A DNA stretch of 64,000 bases from Syntrophorhabdaceae bacterium (GCA_963665295.1 OY762209.1:4672001-4736000); one strand, 5' to 3'. Shown: positions 1-10,817, numbered from the stretch's first letter. The notes: a model not told the origin generated them from the sequence alone. A program made the numbers and translations.

Positions 1-1038
1 CACCACGAGGGCCACAGCAAGCATCATCTCAAATTGCACGTCATGAACCGAGGCCCGGATTGTGGTAGTGCGGTCTGTCAGCACCGACACTTCCACTCCT
101 GCAGGCAGGGCGCTTCTCAACATGGGAAGTACCTTTTTGACCCTGTCAACAACCTCGATTACATTCGCTCCCGGTTGACGCTGGATATTCACGATCACCG
201 CAGGAGATCCGTTCATCCAGGCAGCCTGTTTCACGTTTTCCGCATCGTCTATGGCATCCGCCACGTCCGACAGTCTCACCGGGGCGCCGTTGCGATAGGC
301 AACAATGAGGGACTGGTACTCTTTGCTCGTAAACAGCTGATCGTTGGCCCCCACGATATAGGAAAGACGAGGGCCGTCGAAACTCCCCTTCGCCTGATTC
401 ACGTTGGCCGCCGCAATGGCGGTCCTCAGATTTTCCAGGGTGAGGTTATATGCCGCCAGGGCCACGGGGTTGGCATGGATCCGCACCGCGGGCCTCTGCC
501 CCCCGCTGATGCTTACGAGCCCCACTCCGGGAAGCTGGGAAATCTTCTGGGTAAACCGCGTGTCCGCGAGGTCTTCCACCTGGGTGAGGGGAAGGGTCTT
601 GGATGTCAATCCCAGGGTGAGAACCGGGGCATCCGCCGGGTTTACCTTGCTGTACACGGGCGGAATGGGAAGATCCTTGGGAAGATATGTAAAAGAAGCG
701 TTGATGGCGGCCTGGACCTGCTGCTCCGCGACATCGAGACTCAGGTCCAGGGTGAACTGAAGGGTAATTATGGAGCTTCCATATGAACTTGTGGAAGTCA
801 TCTGGGTAAGACCCGGCATCTGGCCGAACTGCCTCTCCAGGGGGGCTGTCACGGATGAAGCCATTACCTCCGGGCCTCCGCCCGGATAGAACGTCCTTAC
901 CTGGATCGTCGGGTAGTCCACCTGTGGCAGGGCCGACACGGACAACTGTTTGTATGCCACGAGACCGGAGAGGAATATGGCGATCATGAGCAACGTGGTC
1001 GCCACCGGTCTGGTAATGAAAAGACGGGAGATATTCAT
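1..1038 (-). CDS. mdtB: RND multidrug efflux permease MdtB/MuxB family, 5' part (runs off the left edge)
   Basis: Not in the ORF track. Manual translation from ATG 1038 gives [47 protein letters not shown]...[12 protein letters not shown]...[11 protein letters not shown] overlaps the mdtA stop (TGATG). Confidence 0.9.
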   Translation of the reverse strand, partial: MNISRLFITRPVATTLLMIAIFLSGLVAYKQLSVSALPQVDYPTIQVRTFYPGGGPEVMASSVTAPLERQFGQMPGLTQMTSTSSYGSSIITLQFTLDLSLDVAEQQVQAAINASFTYLPKDLPIPPVYSKVNPADAPVLTLGLTSKTLPLTQVEDLADTRFTQKISQLPGVGLVSISGGQRPAVRIHANPVALAAYNLTLENLRTAIAAANVNQAKGSFDGPRLSYIVGANDQLFTSKEYQSLIVAYRNGAPVRLSDVADAIDDAENVKQAAWMNGSPAVIVNIQRQPGANVIEVVDRVKKVLPMLRSALPAGVEVSVLTDRTTTIRASVHDVQFEMMLAVALVV

Positions 1039-2255
1039 CAGTGGCCCTTCTGAGGCGTCCCCTGGATACCTTGCCGCACTTCGACCCTGGCCCCCTCCCG
1101 GAGCCTGTCCGCGCCGTCCGTCACAACCAGTTCGCCCGGTGAGACCCCCGTCTTGATCGAGGCGCTGCCGCCTTGGATCTCACTCACCACGATGGGACGC
1201 ACGGTGGCTGTCTTGTCCTCCTTCACCACGTACGCGAAAGTACCCTGGGGACCGCGCTGTATGGCGGCGGAAGGTACGACAATGACGTCGCGCCTCACGT
1301 CAACGAGCAAACGGGCATTTACGAATTGATTCGGAAAGAGTTCATTCCCCTTATTAAGAAAGGTCGCCCTCAGCTTGACCGTCCCCGTGCCCGTGTCGAT
1401 CATGTTGTCGATCGTGGCAAGGACTCCCGTTGCGAGTTTTTCCTTCTGCTCCCGATCATAGGCCTCCACCTGCAGATGCGCACCTGTCTTGAACCTCTTG
1501 AATACGGGGGCGAGACTGTCTTCGGGGATCGGAAATATGACGGTAATGGGCTGGAGCTGGGTTATCACAAGGAGGCCGCTCGTATCAGCCACTCGGACCA
1601 TGTTGCCGGGGTCCACGAGGCGCAGCCCGACGCGCCCGGTAATGGGAGAGGTAATCCGGCAGTAGAACAACTGGAGCTTGGCGGTGTCGATCTGTGCCTG
1701 ATCGGCCCTGACAACGCCTTCATATTGTTTGACCACTGATTCCTGTGTGTCGAGTTGCTGTTTGGAGACGGAATCCTTCTTCCACAGGGTGCGGTAACGC
1801 TCGAGGTCAATCCTTGCATTAGCAAGAAAGGCCTGGTCACGGGCGAGCTGCCCCTCCGCCTGAGCCAACTGTACCTCGAAGGGTCTTGGGTCGATCAGGG
1901 CGAGAAGGTCCCCCTTGTTGACGCTCTGGCCTTCCTGATAGTATACGTTCATCAGTTGGCCGTCCACGCGGGTCTTGACGGTCACCGTATAAACCGGCGT
2001 AACCGTGCCGAGACCATTTACGTACACCCCGATATCCCCCTTCCTCGCTGCCGTCGCCGCGACAGGGGTGCTCCTGATCCGGCCCTTCTGCCCCTCGGCA
2101 GCGCGGGACTTTACCATTGCGGGCCTTATAAAAAAAATGTAGGCCCCTGCCGCCACAAGACAAAGGGCGAGCAGGATAAGCCACCATCGCATGAACCGCA
2201 TGGCGCGTCGAGGTTCCCCCGGCTCGTCTTTTTTCCCTGTCATTTCCGTCTCCAT
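1038..2255 (-). CDS. mdtA: RND efflux periplasmic adaptor MdtA/MuxA family
   Basis: N-terminal TM helix, [54 protein letters not shown]; upstream of mdtB. Confidence 0.9.
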   Translation of the reverse strand: METEMTGKKDEPGEPRRAMRFMRWWLILLALCLVAAGAYIFFIRPAMVKSRAAEGQKGRIRSTPVAATAARKGDIGVYVNGLGTVTPVYTVTVKTRVDGQLMNVYYQEGQSVNKGDLLALIDPRPFEVQLAQAEGQLARDQAFLANARIDLERYRTLWKKDSVSKQQLDTQESVVKQYEGVVRADQAQIDTAKLQLFYCRITSPITGRVGLRLVDPGNMVRVADTSGLLVITQLQPITVIFPIPEDSLAPVFKRFKTGAHLQVEAYDREQKEKLATGVLATIDNMIDTGTGTVKLRATFLNKGNELFPNQFVNARLLVDVRRDVIVVPSAAIQRGPQGTFAYVVKEDKTATVRPIVVSEIQGGSASIKTGVSPGELVVTDGADRLREGARVEVRQGIQGTPQKGH

Positions 2256-2424
2256 TCTCTTAACGCCTCCATAATGTCGATGCCCATGGGCTTTATGCAG
2301 CGGTTCCTTTCCGTCTTTATTTCAACAATCCGAACCTTCTCAATTCCTTCATGCTTTTCTCCATATCTGCCGCTCCTTCCTGATGGCCCCCATTGTCAGC
2401 ATAAAGGGTAAATGTGGGAGGACG

Positions 2425-2452
2425 GTGAAGAGATTGTGAAGAATTGTGAAGA
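2425..2452 (-). promoter_or_regulatory. Three direct repeats (GTGAAGA on +) spaced 10-11 bp upstream of mdtA; possible OmpR-family binding site
   Basis: Copies at 2425, 2436 and 2446, one helical turn apart. Confidence 0.4.
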
Positions 2453-2557
2453 TAGATCGACCACCATGCTTTTATTCTCTTCGATACGTCCCACTCAGTC
2501 AAGAAAAACCTGCCACAGTGTTCGCGCCCAGCCATGGTCCGGCGGCGCCGGGCATGG

Positions 2558-3787
2558 TCATTCATAACGTAGCGCGTCTATGGGGCTCAGGAGCGACGCC
2601 TTGTAGGCCGGGTAGAAACCGAAAAAGATACCCACTATGCCTGAAAACACAAAGGCTCCCGTTCCCGCAGCCGCCGATACCACCGTGGGCCATCCCGCAG
2701 CCGCCGAAAGTACCTTGGAGCCCGATATACCCAGCGCAACGCCTATAATGCCGCCCATAAGGGAAAGGATAACGGCTTCCATAATGAACTGGAGCCTGAT
2801 ATCCCATGTCTTCGCCCCCACAGCCATCCTGATGCCTATCTCCCGGGTCCTCTCGGTGACGGAAACGAGCATTATGTTCATAATGCCTATCCCGCCCACA
2901 ATGAGGGAGACAGAGGCTATGGCCCCGAGGAGCAAGGTCATTACCCGCGCGGACTGCTGGGTCACCTCCATCATCTGAGTCAGATTTCTGATGGAAAAAT
3001 CCTCATCCTGCTTGAAGCTGATGTGATGCCTCTGGCGGAGCAGCGACCTCACCTGGTCCTCTGCGCTATTCAGTTCCTCAAGGCTTTTCGCCTTTACCAT
3101 GATGGTCCGCACCATGCCGGGAAAAGCCGTTCCGAAAAGTTTTTTCTGCGCCGTGGTGACGGGCACCATTATTGTGTCGTCCTGGTCCTGGCCTTGAGCG
3201 GATTGCCCTTTTGTCTCCAGGACCCCTATCACCCTGAAAGGTATCTTCTTTATCCTGATAACCTGTTCAAGGGGATCGATACCGCCGAACAGGCTATCCA
3301 CCACGGTCCGGCCCAGGAGGGCCACTTTTGTCGCGCTCCTCACATCCTCGTCGGTAAAGCCCCTTCCCTCGGCAAGGGGCCAGTCCCTCACCACCAGCAT
3401 GCCCGGTGATGTCCCGGAAACACCGGTTGACCAGTTCAGGTTGCCGTACACGATCTGGGCCGCGCCGTTAAGGACGGGCGCAACCTCTTCAACTGCGGGA
3501 CAATCCTTCAGGATAGCCTCGGCGTCGCCCATAGTGAGAGTCGGCTGGCTTCCCGAGCCCATCCTCACTCCTCCAGAGGTAGAGCTTCCGGGCATAACGA
3601 TCAGGAGGTTGGTCCCCATGCTCGATATCTGGCTCGCTATCTGCCTGCTCGCGCCCGTGCCTACCGCGAGCATGGCGATTACGGCCCCTACCCCGATGAT
3701 GATACCGAGCATGGTAAGGCCGGAGCGCATCTTGTTTACCCTGAGCGCCCTCAAAGCAATGCGCGCGGTCCATGGAACGTCAATCAC
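2558..3787 (-). CDS. MacB-like ABC transporter permease (FtsX domain)
   Basis: RSGLTMLGIIIGVGAVIAMLAVG, GGIGIMNIMLVSVTERTREIGIRMAVGA, PIDALRYE. Confidence 0.92.
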   Translation of the reverse strand: MIDVPWTARIALRALRVNKMRSGLTMLGIIIGVGAVIAMLAVGTGASRQIASQISSMGTNLLIVMPGSSTSGGVRMGSGSQPTLTMGDAEAILKDCPAVEEVAPVLNGAAQIVYGNLNWSTGVSGTSPGMLVVRDWPLAEGRGFTDEDVRSATKVALLGRTVVDSLFGGIDPLEQVIRIKKIPFRVIGVLETKGQSAQGQDQDDTIMVPVTTAQKKLFGTAFPGMVRTIMVKAKSLEELNSAEDQVRSLLRQRHHISFKQDEDFSIRNLTQMMEVTQQSARVMTLLLGAIASVSLIVGGIGIMNIMLVSVTERTREIGIRMAVGAKTWDIRLQFIMEAVILSLMGGIIGVALGISGSKVLSAAAGWPTVVSAAAGTGAFVFSGIVGIFFGFYPAYKASLLSPIDALRYE

Positions 3788-3802
3788 TATGGCCTTCCTC
3801 CG

Positions 3803-4507
3803 TCAACATGCGGATCCCGCCGCACCCACCGGTCCGTCCGCCGTCATACGGCCGTCCGTGAAGTGGATCGCCCTTCTGCTGTATGCCGCGATATCCGGTT
3901 CATGGGTCACGAGGATCACCGTGATATTCCCCTCTTCGTTCAATCTCCGAAAGAGTTCCATTATTTCTATGCTCGTCTTGCTGTCAAGGTTCCCTGTGGG
4001 TTCATCGGCAAGGATAATGGGCGCCTGATTCGCTATGGCCCTCGCTATGGCCACCCTCTGTTGCTGCCCTCCCGAAAGCTGATTGGGCGTGTGATGCTCC
4101 CGTCCCTCGAGGCCCACAATTCTCAGAGACTCGATTGCCTTCTCCCTCCTCTCTTTCGCAGCCACGGAACTGTAGAGCATGGGCAGTTCCACGTTTTCGA
4201 GGGCGGTGGTCCTGGGAAGAAGGTTGAAACCCTGAAATACGAAACCGATCTTCCGGTTCCTTATCTCCGCAAGCTCGTCCCTTTCGAGGCGCGCCACATC
4301 GACGCCTTCGAGGAGATAGTGGCCGGCGGTGGGCTTATCCAGACAGCCGAGGATATTCATGAGGGTCGACTTCCCTGAACCCGAGTGTCCCATGATGGCC
4401 ATCATTTCACCACGTTCCACGGTAAGCGAGACATCATCGAGGGCCCTGACTTCCACGTCGCCCACCTGATATATCTTGCTGATATTGCGGATATCGATCA
4501 GCGGCAT
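3803..4507 (-). CDS. ABC transporter ATP-binding protein (MacB/LolD-like)
   Basis: Walker A GHSGSGKS, signature LSGGQQQRV, Walker B ILADEPTGNLD. Confidence 0.95.
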   Translation of the reverse strand: MPLIDIRNISKIYQVGDVEVRALDDVSLTVERGEMMAIMGHSGSGKSTLMNILGCLDKPTAGHYLLEGVDVARLERDELAEIRNRKIGFVFQGFNLLPRTTALENVELPMLYSSVAAKERREKAIESLRIVGLEGREHHTPNQLSGGQQQRVAIARAIANQAPIILADEPTGNLDSKTSIEIMELFRRLNEEGNITVILVTHEPDIAAYSRRAIHFTDGRMTADGPVGAAGSAC

Positions 4508-5683
4508 CTATCTTCGGACCTTGGGCATCAGGGATGTGGAATTACCGTTCGGCCCTTTCGACAGAGATTCGGTAATGACCTCCTGTCCCTCCCTGAAGTC
4601 ACCCGACACAATCTCCGTAGAGGTCCCGTCGGTTATCCCGGTCTTTACTTCCATCCGTCTGGGTTTTCCCGCTTCAAGTACCCACACTGCCTGCCCCTTC
4701 TTCAAGGGCCGGGCCGTTGTTTTCGGCTCCTTTTCCTGCGGCCTGAACCTTAAGGCCCCGTTCGGGAGGCGAAGCACCCCGTCCTTTGTGGCCGTAATGA
4801 TGGAGACGTTGGCCGTCATTCCCGGTTTCAGTCTGAGGTCCTTGTTCCCCACATGTATGACCACGTCATAAGTGACCACGTTCTGCACTGTAATGGGAGA
4901 GATGCGGATCTGGGAGACCTTTCCCTTAAAGAGGATGTCCGGATAGGCGTCCACATTAAAGTCAACCTCCTGTCCCACCTGTACCTTGCCGATATCCGCC
5001 TCGTCCACGTTCGTGTCTATCTGCATCCTCGTCAAATCCTGGGCAATGTAAAAAAGGGTCGGTGTCTGAAAACTCGCGGCAACGGTCTGTCCCACATCCA
5101 CGTTCCTCGATACCACGATGCCGTCCACCGGCGAAAGTATTCGCGTGTACCTCAGGTTCGTTTCCGCGTAGTCAAGGGCGCCCTTCATCTGCGCCGCCTG
5201 GGCTTCGAGGGCCTTTACCTGGGCATCCGTCGAAAGCCAGGTTGCCTCCGCGGTATCGTAATCAGCCTGGGCGATCAGGTCTTTGGAGATAAGTTCTTTG
5301 TTCCGGTCGCGGGTCCTCTTCGCATTGAGAAGAGTGGCCTTGAGGCCCAGGACGGATGCCTGCGCCTGGGCGAGGTTGGCCCTGGCCTGGTCCACCTGCG
5401 CCTGGAATGTGGCAGGGTCTATCTGGGCAATGACCTGGCCTTTCTTCACCACCGAATTGTACGTGGCATAGATGTGTTTGATCGTCCCCGATACCTGGGT
5501 GCCCACATTCACCGTCACTACGGGGTTCACCGTGCCCGTGGCCGTCACGGTGGCACGTATTGCTCCCTTCGTGACCGGCGCGGTCTTAAACCGTATGACG
5601 CCTTTCTTCCCTGCGAAGGCATACCAGATACCCGCCCCCGCAACAATCAGGATACACAGAGCGGCAATAACCTTTTTCTTCAT
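4508..5683 (-). CDS. MacA-like efflux periplasmic adaptor
   Basis: N-terminal TM, ATGTVNPV..VGTQVSG, SPVDGIVVSRNVDVGQTVAASFQTPTLF, LKPGMTANV. Confidence 0.92.
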   Translation of the reverse strand: MKKKVIAALCILIVAGAGIWYAFAGKKGVIRFKTAPVTKGAIRATVTATGTVNPVVTVNVGTQVSGTIKHIYATYNSVVKKGQVIAQIDPATFQAQVDQARANLAQAQASVLGLKATLLNAKRTRDRNKELISKDLIAQADYDTAEATWLSTDAQVKALEAQAAQMKGALDYAETNLRYTRILSPVDGIVVSRNVDVGQTVAASFQTPTLFYIAQDLTRMQIDTNVDEADIGKVQVGQEVDFNVDAYPDILFKGKVSQIRISPITVQNVVTYDVVIHVGNKDLRLKPGMTANVSIITATKDGVLRLPNGALRFRPQEKEPKTTARPLKKGQAVWVLEAGKPRRMEVKTGITDGTSTEIVSGDFREGQEVITESLSKGPNGNSTSLMPKVRR

Positions 5684-7056
5684 CTCTCACCCATAGCCAT
5701 CTCGATGTTCGCCACGGCGATCTTATAATCGTAAAGGGCCTGGGTATAAGAAATCTCCGCCGTTGCAAGGGCCGCGACGGAATCCGCCACTTCTATGGGG
5801 CTTCCCACCCCGGCCTTATACCGCCCTGTTGCAAGCCCCAGGTTCTCTCTGCCCTGCCTTACGCCCACCTCGCCCGCCGCGATCCTCTCCCCTGCGTCGC
5901 GCAGATTGGAATAGGCCTGCTGGATCTGAAGAAGTATGTCCTGTTTGAGGGACAATTCGTTTGCGGACGCCACGTCCCTTGCGCTCACCGCTTCCTGGAC
6001 CTGGTACGTGGTGAGAAAACCCGAAAAAATGGGAAAACTCAAATTCGCCCCCAGGGACCAGCCATTGTCCAGGGGAAAGGCGGACCCCGTGAAATAGTAA
6101 CTCGCGCTCCCCGTCACTACGGGCCAATAACCCTTCTGGGAAAGATTGATCGATTCTCTGGCTGCTTCCCGCTTCTTGATCAGCGACTGAAGGTCGGGCC
6201 GCTGCATATAGGCCTTCTTCACCGCGTTATCCGGAGGCATGCGGTACTCTGCAAAAGAGAGCGAGTCCACAGGCACATAGTCGTCGGGCGCCGATGGCAT
6301 TCCCATGGCGTTGTTGAGGATTATCCTCGCGACTCGTATCTGGTTCTCGGCCTTGATGAGATTGACCCTCGCGTTGCTCAAGTCCACCTCGGCCTTTGTC
6401 ACCGCGAATTTCGGTTGCGTCCCCGCCTTGTAGAAACCCTGGGCCTGGCGAAGGTGATCCTGGAATTGGCGCACTGTTTCCTTGACCGCGTCCCGGTTCC
6501 TCTGGGCCTGCAGGAGGTTGAAATACCCCTGTTTCACGTTGAGGGCTATCTGATTCCGCACATTCTCGAGATCGGACCGGGTGGACTCCGTGGTAAGACT
6601 CTGGACCTTTACCTGACTCGATATCTTGCCGAAGTCATAAATCGTCTGGGTCACGCTCGCGCTGCTCGTGTACTGATCGAAGGGCCCGCCGCCTGTGGAG
6701 GAATAGGTCGTCCCGGAAGGAAGGCCCGCCGTGGAGGTTACCGACGTATTGCGGCTCGTTGCGGGCATTGACCTCATGTAGGTCTCCGTAAGACTGATCT
6801 GAGGGTAATAGTTCGCCCTGGCTTCACCGACCCTCGCTTCGTAAACCTTCACCGTGCTCATCCCCGCCTTGATGACAGGGTGGTTCTTCAAACCGATCTC
6901 GATTGCGTGGGACAGGGTCAATGCCTCGCCCGGTGCAATCGTATCCGCCCGGACAATTCCTGCCCTGCACGGGAAGAGACCGAGCACAAGAAAGAGGGCA
7001 AATGATAATCCCGCACCTGATTCCTTAAAAAAGATTCTAAATCTACGGAAGGACAC
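5680..7056 (-). CDS. TolC-family outer membrane efflux protein
   Basis: Signal-like N-terminus, two OEP repeats (ARANYYPQISL; GYWPVVTGSASY), RYKAGVGSPIEVAD; first gene of the efflux operon. Confidence 0.9.
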   Translation of the reverse strand: MSFRRFRIFFKESGAGLSFALFLVLGLFPCRAGIVRADTIAPGEALTLSHAIEIGLKNHPVIKAGMSTVKVYEARVGEARANYYPQISLTETYMRSMPATSRNTSVTSTAGLPSGTTYSSTGGGPFDQYTSSASVTQTIYDFGKISSQVKVQSLTTESTRSDLENVRNQIALNVKQGYFNLLQAQRNRDAVKETVRQFQDHLRQAQGFYKAGTQPKFAVTKAEVDLSNARVNLIKAENQIRVARIILNNAMGMPSAPDDYVPVDSLSFAEYRMPPDNAVKKAYMQRPDLQSLIKKREAARESINLSQKGYWPVVTGSASYYFTGSAFPLDNGWSLGANLSFPIFSGFLTTYQVQEAVSARDVASANELSLKQDILLQIQQAYSNLRDAGERIAAGEVGVRQGRENLGLATGRYKAGVGSPIEVADSVAALATAEISYTQALYDYKIAVANIEMAMGER

Positions 7057-7081
7057 GTCCCTGGCTTCTCCGATTATTGGT

Positions 7082-7139
7082 TGAACATCCGTTCATGTGA
7101 ACTAAGGTTCAGTATATAGCACCCGCCAATTAATGTCAA
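7082..7139 (-). promoter_or_regulatory. Sigma70 promoter of the tolC-macAB operon with two tandem TGAAC-N4-GTTCA operators
   Basis: Minus strand TTGACA (7134-7139), 17 nt, TATACT (7111-7116); palindromes at 7098-7111 and 7082-7095. Confidence 0.75.
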
Positions 7140-7173
7140 CGATGCCGACGGTTTGCGAGTTGCCGACGCCTTG

Positions 7174-7932
7174 TCAGCCTTCTCTGGAGAATTCGAGGGA
7201 CGGGATGTCGGTCTTGTCGAGAAGATACTCTTCCCGAATGCGCGTATGGCTCCTGAACAGGTTCTTCTTCACGTTCCGGTTGTGTTTCCTCATTTCTTCG
7301 ATAAGCCCTTTTACTACCTTTCTCTTGGACGTGTCGCTGTGGGGGCATTGGGAAGCGATGACGGGCAGCGCAAGTTTCTGGGCCAGGGTGCGGATCTCCT
7401 TTTCCTCCACATATGCGAGAGGCCGGATGATGGCGAGTTCACCGCCAAACATCTCCTGGTACGGTTGCATGGTGCCTATCTCCCCCTGAAAGATAAGGTT
7501 AAGCATCATGGTCTCCACAATATCGTCCATGTGGTGAGCGAAGGCTATTTTTGTTGCGCCTATGTCGCGGGCAAGGTTGAAAAGGGCTTTTCTTCTGTTC
7601 CAACTGCACCAGAAGCAACGGGGTGCATCTTCTCCCCCCTTCCAGTCCTCCGCAGGCTTCGTGATCACGTAGGGGACCGATTCCTTTTCAAAGTGCGCCA
7701 CCAGGGCCCCTGTATCCATCCATTTGAAACCCATGTCTACATGGCAGGCCACGATCTCGTGACGGACGGGCACGTATTTAACCCTTTCCTGCATAATCCT
7801 GAGAAGGGACAGACTGTCCTTGCCCCCGGAGACTGCCACGATGATCTTGTCTCCATCCTTGAGCATCTTATAGTCCCAGGCGGCTTTGCCTACCTTCTTT
7901 GTGATGAAATAGAGGGCCTTCGGTACGTTCAT
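7174..7932 (-). CDS. ttcA: tRNA 2-thiocytidine biosynthesis TtcA-family protein
   Basis: PP-loop SGGKDS, CFWC, AHHMDDIVET, IIRPL. Confidence 0.8.
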   Translation of the reverse strand: MNVPKALYFITKKVGKAAWDYKMLKDGDKIIVAVSGGKDSLSLLRIMQERVKYVPVRHEIVACHVDMGFKWMDTGALVAHFEKESVPYVITKPAEDWKGGEDAPRCFWCSWNRRKALFNLARDIGATKIAFAHHMDDIVETMMLNLIFQGEIGTMQPYQEMFGGELAIIRPLAYVEEKEIRTLAQKLALPVIASQCPHSDTSKRKVVKGLIEEMRKHNRNVKKNLFRSHTRIREEYLLDKTDIPSLEFSREG

Positions 7933-7936
7933 CCGG

Positions 7937-8479
7937 CTATATGATCGATTGGGCGAGCTTCCCGGCCCTTTCCATGTACTCCACGCCGACCACGCCCTTT
8001 TCCGTGCATCCCGGGGCTTCCACGCTTCCTACCCAGTCGAGTTTGAGGAGGTCGAAGGTCTTGCGGAACATGTCCAGCGCAGGCTCGCAGGTATCCATGG
8101 TCTTGTCGGCGAAGGTTATGAGGGTAATCGCTTTCTTTCCTTCAATCCTCGACTTGTACTCTTCGTCCATAAACGCCATAGACCTGTCCATGACAAGCTT
8201 CAGTTGACCCGACGGGCCGAACCAGTATATGGGGGTGGCATAGACGATAAGGTCCGATTCGAGAATGTATTTCCGTATATCCTTCATATCGTCGTTTATC
8301 CCGCACGCGCCGTCCTTCAGGCATGCGCAACAGCCCTGGCAGGGCCTGATGTTCATATCATTGAGGTAAAGCATTCTCACATTGCTTCCCCCGGCTTTCA
8401 ATGTGTCGGATATGGTCCGGGCGAGTTGGATGGTGTTACCTTCCTTTCTCGGGCTTCCAAAGAGAATAACCGTCTTCAA
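7937..8479 (-). CDS. Flavodoxin-family iron-sulfur flavoprotein (NADPH-dependent FMN reductase-like)
   Basis: GSPRKEGNT, CQGCCAC..DGAC, ATPIYW, LKLVMDR. Confidence 0.85.
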   Translation of the reverse strand: MKTVILFGSPRKEGNTIQLARTISDTLKAGGSNVRMLYLNDMNIRPCQGCCACLKDGACGINDDMKDIRKYILESDLIVYATPIYWFGPSGQLKLVMDRSMAFMDEEYKSRIEGKKAITLITFADKTMDTCEPALDMFRKTFDLLKLDWVGSVEAPGCTEKGVVGVEYMERAGKLAQSII

Positions 8480-8641
8480 GGCAAGTCCTCCTTTGCTATG
8501 GTTGGTACCTAATTATATGCGTATTAACGTTAAAGGGTCAAGGACAGCGTGAGAATGAATGGGCGCACCGAAACCGGATATCGCGAAAAGGGGGAAAACA
8601 ACAGGCGTCCTTACGGGCACGCCTCCGGGAAATCCTTTGCG

Positions 8642-8664
8642 CCGGGCGCCGTCACGGCGCCCGG
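8642..8664 (-). terminator. GC-rich hairpin downstream of metF
   Basis: CCGGGCGCCG-TCA-CGGCGCCCGG perfect 10-bp stem; no clear U tract. Confidence 0.4.
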
Positions 8665-8680
8665 AGAACCGTCAAAGTAT

Positions 8681-9610
8681 CTACTTAATCTCCGGCCTCG
8701 GATAGAGACCTGCTGCCTTCACTATTTCGGCCACCTTGTCTTCCCACTCTATGGCCATAATGTGGATACCCGCTACCCCTTTGATATTCCTCACCCTCTC
8801 GATTATTTCAAGGCATATCTTGATGCCTTCTTCCGCCACCTTCTCTTTCGGCACACTCTTGAGACGGTCGATGTGCTCTTCAGGGACGTCCATGCCCGGC
8901 ACGGAGGTCTTCATGTAGCGGGCCATGCCGATAGACTTGTAGGGGGTGATACCTGCAAGAATGTACATCTTCTCGTGGACTCCAAGGTTGCGGACCTCTT
9001 CCATCCACTTCTCGAATTTCTCCACGTTGAAGATACATTGGGTCTGAACGAACTGAGCCCCCGCAGCCGCCTTCTTTGCGAGCCTCATGGCCCTGATCTC
9101 GAAGGGGTCGGCAAAGGGGTTCTCCGCGCACCCTATGAATATATTGGGCCTTCCCGCCTTTATTTCTTCGCCGCTTATAAACTTGCCCTCGTCCCTCATC
9201 CGTTTGACCGTCTGAATGAGTTGGATGGAATCTATGTCAAAAACGTTCTTTGCGCCGGGATGGTCGCCGAAACTCTGGTGGTCGCCCGACAGGCAGAGGA
9301 GGTTATTGATGCCCCACGCCGCCGCGCCCAGAATATCGCTCTGCATGGCTATCCTGTTTCTGTCCCTGCATACCATCTGCATGATCGGGTCGAGGCCCAT
9401 CTGTTTGAGCACCAAAGACGCGGAGAAACTGCTCATCCTCACCACGCTCGTCTGGTTATCGGTCACATTGACGCAGTCCACATAACCTTCGAGAAACGCC
9501 CCTTTCTTCTTTACCACTTCAGTGTTCGCGCCCCGTGGAGGACCGCATTCGGACGTAACGGCAAAGGCCCCGCTTGTGAGAACTTTTTCCAGATTACTCC
9601 CTGTGCTCAT
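8681..9610 (-). CDS. metF: Methylenetetrahydrofolate reductase MetF (MetV-associated type)
   Basis: VTSECGPPRG, NVTDNQ, CRDRNRIAMQSD, LCLSGDH, GAQFVQTQ; start moved to ATG 9610 next to the metV stop. Confidence 0.9.
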   Translation of the reverse strand: MSTGSNLEKVLTSGAFAVTSECGPPRGANTEVVKKKGAFLEGYVDCVNVTDNQTSVVRMSSFSASLVLKQMGLDPIMQMVCRDRNRIAMQSDILGAAAWGINNLLCLSGDHQSFGDHPGAKNVFDIDSIQLIQTVKRMRDEGKFISGEEIKAGRPNIFIGCAENPFADPFEIRAMRLAKKAAAGAQFVQTQCIFNVEKFEKWMEEVRNLGVHEKMYILAGITPYKSIGMARYMKTSVPGMDVPEEHIDRLKSVPKEKVAEEGIKICLEIIERVRNIKGVAGIHIMAIEWEDKVAEIVKAAGLYPRPEIK

Positions 9611-10275
9611 ATCTTTAAATCCTCCCTGACCCGTTTTCTCGGCCCTCCGTCCCTGCTGGTGGACCAATCTTTCATAGGTTGGACCTCCAGGTACTTGTCA
9701 AGCATGTTCATTTCCTTAAATCTGTCCACGATAAGCTGCCAGGCGCAAGGTGTCTCTTTGTTTATCTCACACTTTCCACCCTGGGAGCCTCCGCACGGAC
9801 CGTTGAATATGCTCTTCGCGCAGCGTGTCACGGGGCATATGCCGAGCGTCCTGTCGAGGATGCAGTTTCCACACCCGAGGCAGCGCTCGGCCCACAGGCC
9901 ATGTTCTTCCGTAACCCCGTCGAAGGTTGTGTTCACCGCAGGCAACACTACTTTGTTCCTGTAATGCTCACCCACGAACTGGATGCCACACCCACATGCC
10001 ATGGATATGGCCACATCATAGTCGTTTATCATAGGTTTGAGGGTTTCCACGTACTCGGGATCGCAGTTCCTCTCCAGAACAAACTCCTTTATCTCTACCG
10101 GTGTTCCCTCCTTCTGCCTCGCAAGCCTGATCTCGGACGCAAGGACCGCGACCTCTTTTGCTCCGCCCACTGCGCAGACCGTGACGCACTCGTTGCAGCC
10201 GAGAAGGAGTATCTTTGAATAGGGCTTTAGCATTTCAAGGATCTCTTCGAAGGGTTTTCTATTTGCTACTATCAT
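9607..10275 (-). CDS. metV: MTHFR small Fe-S/Zn subunit MetV
   Basis: GCNECVTVCAVGG, ACGCG, ERCLGCGNC, CPVTRCAKSIFNGPCGG, CAW. Confidence 0.9.
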   Translation of the reverse strand: MIVANRKPFEEILEMLKPYSKILLLGCNECVTVCAVGGAKEVAVLASEIRLARQKEGTPVEIKEFVLERNCDPEYVETLKPMINDYDVAISMACGCGIQFVGEHYRNKVVLPAVNTTFDGVTEEHGLWAERCLGCGNCILDRTLGICPVTRCAKSIFNGPCGGSQGGKCEINKETPCAWQLIVDRFKEMNMLDKYLEVQPMKDWSTSRDGGPRKRVREDLKI

Positions 10276-10354
10276 TTTGACTCCTTTTCTTATCCGTAGC
10301 GCCTTTGCTCAAACGCAGCGGACATCAAATCTTATTCTCCCGGTTTCTGTCGCC

Positions 10355-10774
10355 TCACGCGCCCCGGCGCTTTGCGGGATTGGGGCCAAGGCCCCTGATC
10401 TTCTCCGTCATCTCCCGGGCTACTTCGGCAAACCGTTGCCCCTGAGCCGACGACAGGTTGTACATGGCAACCCGCTCCCCTCCGGTACCGCATTCGTCAA
10501 GGAGCTTCTTCACATAGTCCACGCGCTTGCGCGCCCTCAGGTTGCCCACGAGATAGTGGCAGTCCCCTTCAAGGCAACCCATAAGGTACACCCCGTCCGT
10601 TCCACTCTCAAAAGCCTTAAGTATGTGGATTATGTCCACCCTGCCCGTGCAAGGAACTTTCACGATCTTTACGTTCGTGGGATAAGTCAGCCTCATCGAA
10701 CCTGCCAGGTCCGCCGCGGTGTATCCTCAGAACTCACAGCAAAAGGCGATTATCTCCGGTTCAAACCTTTCCAC
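10355..10774 (-). CDS. mvhD: MvhD/FlpD [2Fe-2S] subunit, probable selenoprotein (TGA 10727-10729)
   Basis: GTG 10774 with RBS GAGG gives MERFEPEIIAFCCEF-U-GYTAADLAGSMRLTYP, in frame with the ORF-track fragment; also PCTGRVD and GCLEGDCHY. Confidence 0.88.
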
Positions 10775-10817
10775 TTTTCCACCTCTATGAAATGAGACGC
10801 TCTGCGGCGGATAACTT

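Noticed and set aside
7082..7111. GAAC-N4-GTTC read as Gram-positive-type LexA boxes
   Set aside because: Flanks are T/A rather than C/G and the target is an efflux operon, so a TetR-like operator is more plausible; not formally excluded
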